DNA of 64,000 bases. Source: Vulcanimicrobiota bacterium. GTDB lineage: Bacteria; Vulcanimicrobiota; Vulcanimicrobiia; Vulcanimicrobiales; Vulcanimicrobiaceae. The notes under the pieces were generated by a model. The model worked only from the letters and a program-made list of their open reading frames with translations. It did no database searches and was not told where the DNA came from. Positions 27,633-37,162 of this stretch are shown here, one piece after another (within the stretch, counting starts at the first letter, position 1; every line of letters starts with the position of its first letter). The position numbers were made by a program, and so were the translations under genes. The DNA is taken from the NCBI GenBank assembly GCA_963786105.1, contig CAWAXX010000012.1, forward strand, positions 96,001 to 160,000, in the 5' to 3' direction.

Positions 27633-27666
27633 GGTGGGAAGTGGTGACTAATGGTGCCACAGGGAG
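27631..27666 (+). promoter_or_regulatory. MraZ-binding direct repeats
   Basis: GTGGTG (27631), GTGGTG (27641), ATGGTG (27651), AGGGAG (27661) at an exact 10-bp period, overlapping the -10 box. Confidence 0.75.
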
Positions 27667-27672
27667 GGCTGT

Positions 27673-28116
27673 GTGCACGCGGATCTACCGCGTTTTACCG
27701 GGTCGGTCGAACATGCCCTTGACGACAAGGGCCGGCTTATCGTCCCCGCGCGCTTTCGCGAGCGGCTGGGCCCCGGTTTTGTGCTCACGGTCGCCCAACC
27801 CGATCCCTGCCTAGCACTCCTGCCCACCCTCACTTGGGCAAATTTTTGCGACCGGCTGGAGGCCGCGCCGCGCAAGGACGAAGCGTTTCGGCGATTCGTC
27901 CGCCATCTTTTCGCCAATACAGAGGAAGTTGCGTGCGACGCCCAGGGCCGTTTGGTCATCCCGGCGGCGCTGCGGGCTTATGCGGGCATCGTCCGCGACG
28001 TGGTCTCGGTAGGATCGCTGACGCGGGTTGAAGTCTGGGCGAAGGAACGCTACCAGGCCCACGCGTCTCCGCAGGGAGAGGTCGCCGAGTTTATCGTCGA
28101 CCTGGGGCTCTATTGA
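27673..28116 (+). CDS. mraZ: Transcriptional regulator MraZ
   Basis: FTGSVEHALDDKGRLIVPARFR and CDAQGRLVIP..LR.YAGI, RVEVW. Confidence 0.96.
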   Translation: MHADLPRFTGSVEHALDDKGRLIVPARFRERLGPGFVLTVAQPDPCLALLPTLTWANFCDRLEAAPRKDEAFRRFVRHLFANTEEVACDAQGRLVIPAALRAYAGIVRDVVSVGSLTRVEVWAKERYQAHASPQGEVAEFIVDLGLY

Positions 28117-28131
28117 TGTGGCCGGGCATTC

Positions 28132-29004
28132 ATGACGCACGTCCCGGTGCTGCTCGAGACGGCGCTGGAGTTGCTTGCGATCCGAGCGGATGGGATTTAC
28201 GTGGATGCCACGTTTGGGGCTGGTGGCCATTCTACGGCCATCTTGAACCGCTTGGGAGCGGGCCGCCTCATCGCTTTGGACGCCGATCCGTCGGCCGCCG
28301 CTCGAGCGCAATCGATCCACGACCCACGGCTGACGTTCGTCCGCGCAAATTTCCGAGAGCTTACGCACGTCCTAGATCGCTGTGGGGTCGACTCGGTCGA
28401 CGGCGTGCTGTTCGACTTGGGGGTATCGTCGATGCAGTTTGACGACGCCGAGCGCGGTTTTTCAGTGGGGAAAACGGCGCCGCTCGACATGCGCATGAAT
28501 CCGCACTCGGGCCGCAGCGCGTACGACGTGCTGGCGACCGCCAGTGAAGGAGAACTTGCGGATATCTTCTTCTATTACGGTGAGGAGCGCTCGGCGCGGC
28601 GCATCGCGCACGCAATCGTCGAACGCCGGTCGGCCGGCGCGCTGCCGACTACCACGACCGAGTTTGCCTCGCTGGTTTCCGGAATTCTCCACCGGCCGGG
28701 GCGCCGCGAACGGATTCATCCGGCAACGCGCGTCTTTCAGGCGTTGCGCATCGCGGTCAACGACGAGCTCGACGCACTGCGCGACGGACTTAGCGGCGCG
28801 TTCGATCGCCTTTGCGTCGCCGGGCGTGTGGTGGCCATCAGTTTTCATTCGCTCGAAGATCGTATCGTGAAGCGCGCGTTCCGCGGCGATCCACGCCTAG
28901 AGATTCTCACGAAGAAGCCGCTCGTTCCCGGCGAGCGCGAGATGTCAGAAAACCCCCGCGCTCGCAGCGCGAAGCTGCGCGCCGCCCGACGGAAGGCCAG
29001 TTGA
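28132..29004 (+). CDS. rsmH: 16S rRNA m4C1402 methyltransferase
   Basis: HVPVLL, DATFGAGGHS, DLGVSSMQ, PLDMRM, ISFHSLEDRIVK, NPRARSAKLR. Confidence 0.97.
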   Translation: MTHVPVLLETALELLAIRADGIYVDATFGAGGHSTAILNRLGAGRLIALDADPSAAARAQSIHDPRLTFVRANFRELTHVLDRCGVDSVDGVLFDLGVSSMQFDDAERGFSVGKTAPLDMRMNPHSGRSAYDVLATASEGELADIFFYYGEERSARRIAHAIVERRSAGALPTTTTEFASLVSGILHRPGRRERIHPATRVFQALRIAVNDELDALRDGLSGAFDRLCVAGRVVAISFHSLEDRIVKRAFRGDPRLEILTKKPLVPGEREMSENPRARSAKLRAARRKAS

Positions 29005-29456
29005 CAGTGATCCAACCTCGCTCCTTCGATCGCCAGGCTCGCGTGCGTAACCCGCGGGTGGCCCGTGCCGCCACGCAGCGGCGCATCATTCACAAGTCGC
29101 GTGCGCGGTACTCGAACATTTCGCGCGTTTCGGCAGCGATTGGTGGTCTGTTGTTCTTGTTCATGATGTACGTGCTGCTGACGTCGATGCTGACCGGGTT
29201 ATCGTACGCGGTTGCGAAGGCGGAGCACCAGCGAACGGCCATGCAGGAAGAGACGATGCGGCTAGACGACCGAATCGCCGCCCTTCGTTCCGACGATCGG
29301 CTATCGGTTCTGGCGGCGCGTTTGAGGATGATCGAACCGGAACGGTTTGCGGTCATCCGGCTAAGCCGGCCCCGGATCGCTCTCGACCGCCCGCGGGTCG
29401 CGGTGCTCTCGTCGCTGGCCGGATTCTTCATCCCGGCGGTAGCCCAGCAGCGGTAA
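29001..29456 (+). CDS. ftsL: FtsL-like cell division protein
   Basis: Lies between rsmH and the PBP gene; basic N-terminus, one TM, coiled coil. Start TTG 29001 or GTG 29007. Confidence 0.6.
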   Translation: MTVIQPRSFDRQARVRNPRVARAATQRRIIHKSRARYSNISRVSAAIGGLLFLFMMYVLLTSMLTGLSYAVAKAEHQRTAMQEETMRLDDRIAALRSDDRLSVLAARLRMIEPERFAVIRLSRPRIALDRPRVAVLSSLAGFFIPAVAQQR

Positions 29457-29467
29457 GCGCTGCTACG

Positions 29468-31201
29468 ATGCATCAACGAACGTTTGCACGCGTTTCCCCG
29501 GTGCGGGCCAATTTCGTCTTTTACGCCTGCTTGCTGATGGCCGTCTATCTCGTGTGGCGCCTTTACGACGTGCAAGTGCTGCACGGCGCCGCTTACGCGC
29601 GCGAAGCACTCGCGCAGCGCTCCGACACGATCGAAGTGTTTGCGCGGCGCGGTAGCATCCTCGATCGCAACGGCAACGTCCTCGTTCGATCGCTTCCATC
29701 GGAAAGCGTGTATGCTGTGCCGCGCGATTTGTCGGATCCCGACGCGACCGCTGCGAAGCTGCGGAAAGTCTTGGGGAAACTCGGTCCGGCGACGGTTGCG
29801 GAACTGCACGACAAAAAGTCGTGGTTCGTGTGGATCGCGCGCAAACTCCCGCACGACCAGATCGAGCGAGTTCGCGCGCTTAACCTCGGCGGCGTCGCGC
29901 TCAAAGAAGAGGAATCCGGACTGCGCGTCGATCCCGCAGGAAAGCTTGCGTCGACCGTTCTCGGTTTCGTAGGAACCGATGAAAACGGACTCGACGGTAT
30001 CGAGTATTCGCAAGACGGGTTGCTGCGCGGCCGCTCTGGAAGCGTGATGCTGGAAACGGACGAGTTCGGCCGCCCGATTCCATTCGGTCGCGAGCGCGTC
30101 GTGAAGCCCGCCGAGCCAGGCTCGACGCTCGAGCTGACGATCGACTCCTACCTGCAGTTCGTAGCCGAGCGTGCGCTTGCAAAGCAAGTCGCGACGTTCC
30201 ACGCGCTCGACGGGACGGCGATCGTCATGGATCCTTGGACGGGCGAAGTGCTCGCGCTGGCGAACGAACCGACCTTCGATCCCAATCGCTTTTGGAAGTT
30301 CAGCGACGCGCAACGACGCGACCGGGCGATCATGGACGCGTACGAGCCCGGCTCAACCTACAAGCTCCTGACCGCCGCCGCCGCGCTCGACTCGCACAAA
30401 GTCACGCTGGCCACGCGCTTCCCTGCGCACGACCGCCTAGAGGTCGGCGGGCGAACGATTCACAACGCGGAAGATGGCTTCATGAGCGGCACCGGCGGCA
30501 GCGAAACCTTGGCCCAGATCGTCGAATACTCGCATAACGTCGGCGCGGCCGAAGTCGGCATATCCATCGGGGCGAAGACCTTTTACAACATGGAGCGCAA
30601 GGCCGGCTTCGGCGATCCTACCGGCGTCGGACTTCCGGGAGAGAATCCGGGCATCGTTCCGCCCCCGAAAGATTGGAGCGCGCCTTCGCTGGCGACGATG
30701 TCGTTCGGTCAGGGCGTTTCGGTAACACCCATTGCAATGGCACGCTACTACAGCGCCATTGCAAACGGCGGGCTGTTGATGCAGCCGCATATCGTGCGGG
30801 CGGTCTACGACCAGCAAGGAAAGAAAATCCGCAGCGTCGCGCCCCAGGTGATTCGCCGGGTCTTCTCCCAGCGAACCGCTGCCGAACTGCGGGGATTCCT
30901 TCGGCTGGTGGTATTGCACGGTACCGGCGACCCGACCGCGCAGATCCCCGGATACTCCACCGCGGGTAAGACCGGCACCGCCGAGATGGTCGTTGACGGC
31001 GCGTACCGTTCCGGATACTACGCTGCATCGTTTATTGGAATGGTGCCGTACGAGCGTCCCCGCTACCTCGTCTACGTTAAGGTCGAGCGACCCTTAGGAT
31101 CCTACTACGGAAGCGTCGTAGCCGCGCCGGCGTTTGCCGAGATTTCGCGAGCAGCCATGCTGCACGCCGGAGTCTTGCCAACGGCGCCGCCGCATGGCTG
31201 A
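29468..31201 (+). CDS. ftsI: Class B penicillin-binding protein (FtsI/SpoVD-like)
   Basis: RGSILDRNG, GLDGIE, YEPGSTYK (SxxK), SHN, GKTGTA. Confidence 0.92.
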   Translation: MHQRTFARVSPVRANFVFYACLLMAVYLVWRLYDVQVLHGAAYAREALAQRSDTIEVFARRGSILDRNGNVLVRSLPSESVYAVPRDLSDPDATAAKLRKVLGKLGPATVAELHDKKSWFVWIARKLPHDQIERVRALNLGGVALKEEESGLRVDPAGKLASTVLGFVGTDENGLDGIEYSQDGLLRGRSGSVMLETDEFGRPIPFGRERVVKPAEPGSTLELTIDSYLQFVAERALAKQVATFHALDGTAIVMDPWTGEVLALANEPTFDPNRFWKFSDAQRRDRAIMDAYEPGSTYKLLTAAAALDSHKVTLATRFPAHDRLEVGGRTIHNAEDGFMSGTGGSETLAQIVEYSHNVGAAEVGISIGAKTFYNMERKAGFGDPTGVGLPGENPGIVPPPKDWSAPSLATMSFGQGVSVTPIAMARYYSAIANGGLLMQPHIVRAVYDQQGKKIRSVAPQVIRRVFSQRTAAELRGFLRLVVLHGTGDPTAQIPGYSTAGKTGTAEMVVDGAYRSGYYAASFIGMVPYERPRYLVYVKVERPLGSYYGSVVAAPAFAEISRAAMLHAGVLPTAPPHG

Positions 31202-32663
31202 GCGCGAGATCGAGCTTGCACGGCTGATCGCCCGGTTGCCCGCCGACGCACTCGTAACCGGAATCGCGAGCGTGCGGGTCACCGGCGTTGAAAACGATTC
31301 GCGCAACGTTCGGCCCGGTGCGTTGTTCGTCGCGCTGCGGGGAGCGCACGAGGACGGCCATACATTCCTGCCGGACGCGATCGCCAACGGCGCGGTCGCG
31401 GTGGTGCTCGAAGTTTCCCCGGCGGTGCGTCTCCCATCACGCGTATGCGTCGTCACCGTTGCGGATTCGCGACGCGCGCTCTCCACGCTCGCGGCCACAT
31501 TCTATGGCGACCCGTCGCACGCGCTCGACGTGGTCGGCGTTACCGGCACGAACGGAAAAACGACGACGGTCCACATGCTGCAAGCGGTGCTCGATGGCGC
31601 CGGCGTACCGTGTGGAACGATCGGGACAATCGGCGCCTCGTTCGGCCCCCGTTCGTGGACGCTGGCGAATACGACGCCGCTTCCCCCGGAACTTCACGGG
31701 TTGCTGGCATCTATGCGCGACGCCGGCGCACGATCGGTGGTGATGGAAGTCAGCTCGCACGCGCTTGCGCTCGAGCGGGTCGACGACGTGCGTTTCAGGG
31801 TGGCCGTTCTGACGAACGTTACGCGCGACCATCTGGACTTTCACGAAACGCTCGACGCGTACGCGTCGGCGAAACGGCGCCTGTTCTCCCTCGCACGACA
31901 TACCGTTCTCAACGCCGGCGACGAGCACGGGGCTCGCTGGGCGAGCGAGCTGACCGCTCGTGGAGTTGGGGTAACGACCTATGGGGAGCGCTCCGGTGCC
32001 GACGTCGTGCCCTCCGACGTCGTCGCGACCCCGGAGGAAAGCCGCTTTACGCTCGACGGCACCCGGTTCCGGCTTCGTTTGCCCGGCCGTTTCAACGTCC
32101 GCAACGCTTTGGCGACGATCGCCGTCGCGCGCGAACTCGGGATCGGCGATGCAACGAGCGCACGAGGACTGGCAAACCTCGAGCGCGTGCCCGGCCGCAT
32201 GGAGCGCCTGCGCGACGACGGCGTCGACGTCGTCATCGACTACGCGCACACCCCCGACGCGCTTGAACACGCGCTCGGAGCGCTGCGCGAAACGGTAACC
32301 GGAAAACTCGCCGTCGTTTTCGGGTGCGGCGGCGATCGCGATCGCGGCAAGCGGCCCGAAATGGGCGCGATGGCCGCACGGCTCGCCGATCGCCTGTACG
32401 TGACCAGCGACAATCCGCGGAGCGAAGACCCGAGGGCAATCGTCGAAGAAATCGTTGCCGGAATCGGCAGCCGGCCGCATGTGGTCGAGCTGGATCGGCG
32501 TCGCGCCATCGAGCGTTCGATTTCGGAAGCGCAGCCCGGGGATGTGGTGTTGGTGGCCGGAAAGGGTCACGAAACCTACCAGATCGTCGGGTCCGAAATT
32601 CTCGAGTTCGACGATGCGGCGGTAGCGCGTCACGCGTTGCAACTGCGCGGGGTCCTGCGATGA
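31194..32663 (+). CDS. murE: UDP-MurNAc-dipeptide--diaminopimelate ligase
   Basis: GTNGKTTT, MEVSSHAL, DYAHTPDA, FGCGGDRD, DNPR (mDAP-type), AGKGHE. Confidence 0.97.
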   Translation: MAEREIELARLIARLPADALVTGIASVRVTGVENDSRNVRPGALFVALRGAHEDGHTFLPDAIANGAVAVVLEVSPAVRLPSRVCVVTVADSRRALSTLAATFYGDPSHALDVVGVTGTNGKTTTVHMLQAVLDGAGVPCGTIGTIGASFGPRSWTLANTTPLPPELHGLLASMRDAGARSVVMEVSSHALALERVDDVRFRVAVLTNVTRDHLDFHETLDAYASAKRRLFSLARHTVLNAGDEHGARWASELTARGVGVTTYGERSGADVVPSDVVATPEESRFTLDGTRFRLRLPGRFNVRNALATIAVARELGIGDATSARGLANLERVPGRMERLRDDGVDVVIDYAHTPDALEHALGALRETVTGKLAVVFGCGGDRDRGKRPEMGAMAARLADRLYVTSDNPRSEDPRAIVEEIVAGIGSRPHVVELDRRRAIERSISEAQPGDVVLVAGKGHETYQIVGSEILEFDDAAVARHALQLRGVLR

Positions 32664-34042
32664 AGCTCCCGCTCGATGCAGCGGTGGCAGCTACCCGCGC
32701 GACGTTGCTCGACGAGCGTGCCGCGCCGGCCGAGATTCGCGCGGGCACCGATACGCGCACGATCGAAGCCGGCGACACGTTCGTCGCGCTGCGCGGCACA
32801 AATTTCGACGGGCACGATTTTACCGCCGAAGCGGTGCGCCGCGGCGCCGCCATGCTGGTAGTCGACCGGCCCGATACGCGCGTCGAAGGCGTGGCGACCA
32901 TGGTCGTCGCCGACACCTTGCGAGCCTACATGACGCTCGCGGCACTAGCGCGCCGTCTCTTTGACGGCCGCGTGCTGGCAATCACCGGCAGTGCCGGGAA
33001 AACGACCTGCAAAGCGTTCGTCACGCAGTTGTTGGCGGCGCGCTACGGCGGCCGCGTCGCCGCCGCACCGGCCAACGAGAATAACGAAATTGGCGTGAGC
33101 AAGTTGTTGTTGAATGCCTCGAACTCCGAACACGATGCCATCGTGGTTGAGATGGGTGCGCGTCAATTCGGCGACATCGCGTCGCTGGTTGAGGTCGCTC
33201 GCCCCGAGGTTGGAGTCCTCACCAATATCGGCGAAGCGCACGTCGAAATCATGGGGACGCGCGAACGCCTAGCCGAGACGAAGTGGGCGCTGTTTTCGCG
33301 CGGCGCGCGCGCGGTGCTCAACGCGCGCGACGACGTGTCGATCGTGCGTGCGGCGAGACTCGCGCAGCCCCCCCATTGGTTCGTCGCGGACGACCGCGGT
33401 GATGACGAGATCGGAAGACTCTCGCGGGTTACCGCGTTGATAGGCCCGGACCGGCTCGTCGACGTCGTCGACGGCCGCCGCACGTTTGACGGCCCGGTTG
33501 ACGTTCGGGTTCCCGGCGCGCACAACCGCGCAAACGTCGTCGCTGCGATCGCCGGCGTGCTCGAACTCGGCGTCGAACTGCCGCCAACGATCGCCGTTCT
33601 TCCGACCTTGCGCCTGCCCCCGGGACGTTTCGAGTCGTTCGAGATGTCGGGCGGGTGGCGTATCATCTACGACGCGTATAATGCGAACGCGAGTGGAATG
33701 ATTGCCGCCTTGGACGCTCTCACGATGGAACGTCCCAAACGCGCCATCGCGGTTCTCGGCAGCATGGCGGAGTTGGGTGCGGAGTCGGCGCAGTTGCACG
33801 AGAAAGTCGGAGCGCACGCGGCGCGGCGAGCCGGCGTCTTGCTGGTGAGCGGCGAATACGCCGACGCAATGGCCCGCGGCGCGGAGCGAGAGGGTTTGGC
33901 GGCGGCGTCGGTGGTGCACGTAGCGTCGAATGAAGATGCGGCACACTGGTTGCGCGCACACGCTCGCAACGGCGACGTCGTACTGCTGAAGGGTTCGAGG
34001 AAGTACCGGCTTGAGGAAATCGTCGCGGAGTTGCAACGGTGA
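32660..34042 (+). CDS. murF: UDP-MurNAc-tripeptide--D-Ala-D-Ala ligase
   Basis: DTR, FDGHDF, ITGSAGKTT, NNEIGV, VEMG, DAYNAN, LGSMAELG, LLKGSR; ATGA overlap with murE. Confidence 0.96.
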   Translation: MKLPLDAAVAATRATLLDERAAPAEIRAGTDTRTIEAGDTFVALRGTNFDGHDFTAEAVRRGAAMLVVDRPDTRVEGVATMVVADTLRAYMTLAALARRLFDGRVLAITGSAGKTTCKAFVTQLLAARYGGRVAAAPANENNEIGVSKLLLNASNSEHDAIVVEMGARQFGDIASLVEVARPEVGVLTNIGEAHVEIMGTRERLAETKWALFSRGARAVLNARDDVSIVRAARLAQPPHWFVADDRGDDEIGRLSRVTALIGPDRLVDVVDGRRTFDGPVDVRVPGAHNRANVVAAIAGVLELGVELPPTIAVLPTLRLPPGRFESFEMSGGWRIIYDAYNANASGMIAALDALTMERPKRAIAVLGSMAELGAESAQLHEKVGAHAARRAGVLLVSGEYADAMARGAEREGLAAASVVHVASNEDAAHWLRAHARNGDVVLLKGSRKYRLEEIVAELQR

Positions 34043-34755
34043 GCGCCGGCGCACGCGGCTTGGCGGTCACCCGTCCGGAGGTGCCGTCCGGATTGGTTGC
34101 GATTCCCGTGCGCACGCGATTGGTGCGCGAAGGCGACGACTTGATCGGCATCGTGGGCTCCGCGGTCGACGGCATCGCGCGGCGTGGGGACGTAATCGCC
34201 ATATCCGAAACCGCCGTGGCGATCGCCCAAGGCGAATACGTTCCTGCCGAATACGTCCGTCCGAGTCCGCTGGCGTACGCGCTTTCGCGCCGCGCCGGTG
34301 CGCTGGCGACGGTCAATCAGCCGGAGTCGATGCAGCTCGTTATCGACCGCGCCGGACGGTCGAAGGTGATTTACGCGACGCTGGCCCACCTCGTCGGGCG
34401 CGCGTTCGGCAGGCGCGGCGCGTTCTATGAAATCATGGGGGAATCGCTTACGGCGATCGATGGGTATACGGGCACGATGCCGCCGTTCGAGCGCGCGATC
34501 GTGTTCGCACCGCGCGAACCGGACGCTTTCGCGGAATCGGTCCTCGAGCGCGTCGGAACGGCGTGCGCGGTGGTCGACGCCAACGACCTGGAGAAAGCCA
34601 AGGTCCTCGGCGCTTCTCGCGGGGTCCGTCGAAACACCGTCGAGGGCGCCTTGCTCGACAATCCGCATGGTAACGGGGACGAGCAAACCCCGGTCGTCGT
34701 TCTCAAGTGGCGCGGCCAAGGTTCCAACCCGCTGATGGAGAGCCCGACGTCGTGA
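34039..34755 (+). CDS. CofE-like (F420-0:gamma-glutamyl ligase family) protein inside the dcw cluster
   Basis: IPVRTRLVREGDDL, GDVIAISETAVAIAQG, AIDGYTGTMPPF, AVVDANDL, DNPHGNGDEQTP. 4-nt overlaps with murF and mraY. Confidence 0.75.
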   Translation: MSAGARGLAVTRPEVPSGLVAIPVRTRLVREGDDLIGIVGSAVDGIARRGDVIAISETAVAIAQGEYVPAEYVRPSPLAYALSRRAGALATVNQPESMQLVIDRAGRSKVIYATLAHLVGRAFGRRGAFYEIMGESLTAIDGYTGTMPPFERAIVFAPREPDAFAESVLERVGTACAVVDANDLEKAKVLGASRGVRRNTVEGALLDNPHGNGDEQTPVVVLKWRGQGSNPLMESPTS

Positions 34756-35762
34756 ACGATCCGCATGCAGGGCTCGGCGCCGCCGTCTTCGATCCTCGAC
34801 TGCTGTTCAGCGTTGCGCCTCTTTGGATTCTGCTGGGATTGATCGTCGCGCTCGTTGCCGGAGCGGTGCTGCTGCCGCTGTTGAGCCGGCTGCAAGTGCG
34901 GCAGCGCGCGTACGAGGACGCGCCGCAAAGCCACCAGGCCAAGACCGGTACGCCGACGATGGGCGGCCTGGTCTTCGTCGCGGCAATGGCGGCAACGTTG
35001 CCGGCAACGCGCGCGCCGCTGCTTCCGCAGTTGGGGTTTCTCGTGATCGCTTGTGCTGCGGTCGGTGCCGTCGACGATGTACTGTCGATTCGTTCGGGGC
35101 ACCATCGCGGTCTGCGCGCGCGCACGAAGTTCTTGGCGACGACCTTGATCGCCGTCGTCTTCCTGCGCTCGATCGACGGGACGTTGACCTTTTTCCCGCG
35201 CGACGTTCTATTGCACGCCGGGACGTTTTCGCTGACGGCGCCCCACTGGGTGTGGCTGCTGCTCGGAATTCTGGCAATCACCGCCACGATTCACGCCGTC
35301 AACTTGACGGACGGGCTCGACGGTCTCGCAACCGGAACGATGCTTCCGCCGCTGGCCGCGTCGATTCCCATTGCCGCTCAAACGCTGGTGCCGGCGGCGC
35401 TGATCGGCTCGTCGGTCGGTCTAGGCGCGTGTCTGGGCTTCCTTTTTTATAACCGTCATCCCGCAAAGATGTTCATGGGCGACACCGGCTCCCTGGCGCT
35501 AGGCGCGCTGCTTTCGGGGGTCGCGATTCTCACCGGCGAAATGCTGTTGCTCGTTCTGATCGGCGGCGTGTTCGTGGCGGAAGCGCTGTCCGTCATTCTC
35601 CAGGTGTCGTACTTCAAGATCACCAATGGCAAGCGCATCTTGAAAATGAGCCCGCTGCACCACCATTTCGAACTCAGCGGCTGGCCGGAAACGAAAGTGA
35701 CTGCCCTGTTTTGGTTAGGCTCGCTCGTATGCTCGCTGATCGGATTGGCGGTGGTGCGATGA
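34752..35762 (+). CDS. mraY: Phospho-N-acetylmuramoyl-pentapeptide transferase
   Basis: KTGTPTMGG, VDD, AVNLTDGLDGL, PAKMFMGDTGSL, EALSVILQV, PLHHHFE. Confidence 0.97.
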   Translation: MNDPHAGLGAAVFDPRLLFSVAPLWILLGLIVALVAGAVLLPLLSRLQVRQRAYEDAPQSHQAKTGTPTMGGLVFVAAMAATLPATRAPLLPQLGFLVIACAAVGAVDDVLSIRSGHHRGLRARTKFLATTLIAVVFLRSIDGTLTFFPRDVLLHAGTFSLTAPHWVWLLLGILAITATIHAVNLTDGLDGLATGTMLPPLAASIPIAAQTLVPAALIGSSVGLGACLGFLFYNRHPAKMFMGDTGSLALGALLSGVAILTGEMLLLVLIGGVFVAEALSVILQVSYFKITNGKRILKMSPLHHHFELSGWPETKVTALFWLGSLVCSLIGLAVVR

Positions 35763-37162
35763 GCGAGATATTCGAGTTCGGCGCGCGCGATACCGCACTG
35801 GTGATCGGTCTGGGCCGCAGCGGCCTCGCATGCGTCGAGGTGTTGCGCGAGCGCGGCGTCACGGTCTACGCGACCGACGAAAAAGCGGCCGGCGAGCTGG
35901 ACGGACCGATTGCGGCGGTCGAAAATTTCGGCGCGCGCTTCGTTGCGCCGTCCGGCGTCGAAGCCCTCGCCCCCGGCGTCACCTCGGCCGTCCTCTCACC
36001 GGGCGTTCCGCCGACGTCGCCGGTCGTGCGCGCCGTCAATCGAGCCAACGTTCCGGTCATCGGCGAGATCGAGCTCGCGTATCGCCTGTGCAAGGCACCC
36101 ATCATCGCGGTGACCGGCACGAAGGGCAAGTCGACGACGACGGCGTTGACCGGTCACCTGTTGCGCGCGTGCGGTTTCACCGTTCGGGTAGGCGGCAATA
36201 TCGGAAATCCGCTGATCAAGGAAGTGCTCGGTGCCGGCGAGCGCGACTGGGTGGTTGCGGAGGTCTCGTCATTTCAACTCGAAACCATCCGGGCGTTCAA
36301 GCCGCGGGTCGCCGTGCTGCTCAACGTCGTCCCCGACCACCTCGACCGGTACTATTCCATGGACGAGTATGCCGAAGCGAAGTATCGCGTCTTCGCCAAT
36401 CAAGGGTTAAACGATTGGTTTGTCGGGAATCTCGACGATCCGCGTATCGCCCAGCTTCACTGGCGTCACGGTGAAATGCGCGCGCAAGCGCGGCAGATGT
36501 GGTTCACGTTACGACCGCACGAGGAATGGGCGACCATGTTCCGCCGGGAAGGGATGTTGACGTACGTGCCGATTGCGGGTGACCCGCGGCCGGTAGATCT
36601 CGTCGCGCGTGACGAGATCGCGCTGCCGGGAGAGCACAACGTGCAAAACGCGATGGCGGCGCTGCTGGCCGCGCTGGCCGTCGGCTGCGAGCCCGCAGCG
36701 CTTCGCGAGGGCGTTTCGTCATTTCGACCGATGCCGCACCGGCTAGAGACCGTGGCCGACGTCGATGGCGTGATGTTCGTCGACGATTCGAAATCGACCA
36801 ATCCGCACTCTGCGATCGCCGCGCTCTTCAGCTTTCAGCGGCCGATTATCCTCATCGCGGGCGGGCGCGCAAAGGGGACTTCCTTCGGCGAATTGGGCGC
36901 GGCGATACGCCGGCGAGCGAAAGCCGTCGTCGCAATCGGCGAGGCGGCCGACGAGATCGTCCGTGCCGGCGAAGGCGTCCCCGCCTTTCGCGCCTCTTCG
37001 ATGGAAGACGCGGTGCGGCGCGCGCGGGAGCTGAGCGTTGCCGGGGACGTCGTGTTGCTTTCCCCGGCATGCTCGTCGTTCGACATGTTTACGTCGGCCG
37101 AGGATCGCGGCGAGCGCTTCGCCGCGGCGGTCGCCTCGCTGCCGGAGCCGGCCGGTGCTTAG
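35759..37162 (+). CDS. murD: UDP-MurNAc-L-Ala--D-glutamate ligase
   Basis: GLGRSG, SPGVP, GTKGKSTT, GGNIG, EVSSFQL, DHLDRY, DDSKSTN, LSPACSSFD. Confidence 0.95.
   Translation: MSEIFEFGARDTALVIGLGRSGLACVEVLRERGVTVYATDEKAAGELDGPIAAVENFGARFVAPSGVEALAPGVTSAVLSPGVPPTSPVVRAVNRANVPVIGEIELAYRLCKAPIIAVTGTKGKSTTTALTGHLLRACGFTVRVGGNIGNPLIKEVLGAGERDWVVAEVSSFQLETIRAFKPRVAVLLNVVPDHLDRYYSMDEYAEAKYRVFANQGLNDWFVGNLDDPRIAQLHWRHGEMRAQARQMWFTLRPHEEWATMFRREGMLTYVPIAGDPRPVDLVARDEIALPGEHNVQNAMAALLAALAVGCEPAALREGVSSFRPMPHRLETVADVDGVMFVDDSKSTNPHSAIAALFSFQRPIILIAGGRAKGTSFGELGAAIRRRAKAVVAIGEAADEIVRAGEGVPAFRASSMEDAVRRARELSVAGDVVLLSPACSSFDMFTSAEDRGERFAAAVASLPEPAGA

Noticed and set aside
35759..37162. MurD P-loop GTKGKSTT suggested an L-Glu-adding MurD2/MurL pathway
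   Set aside because: The C-terminal domain keeps canonical DSKSTN, GGxxK and SPACSS motifs, and no murL-like gene is in the cluster.
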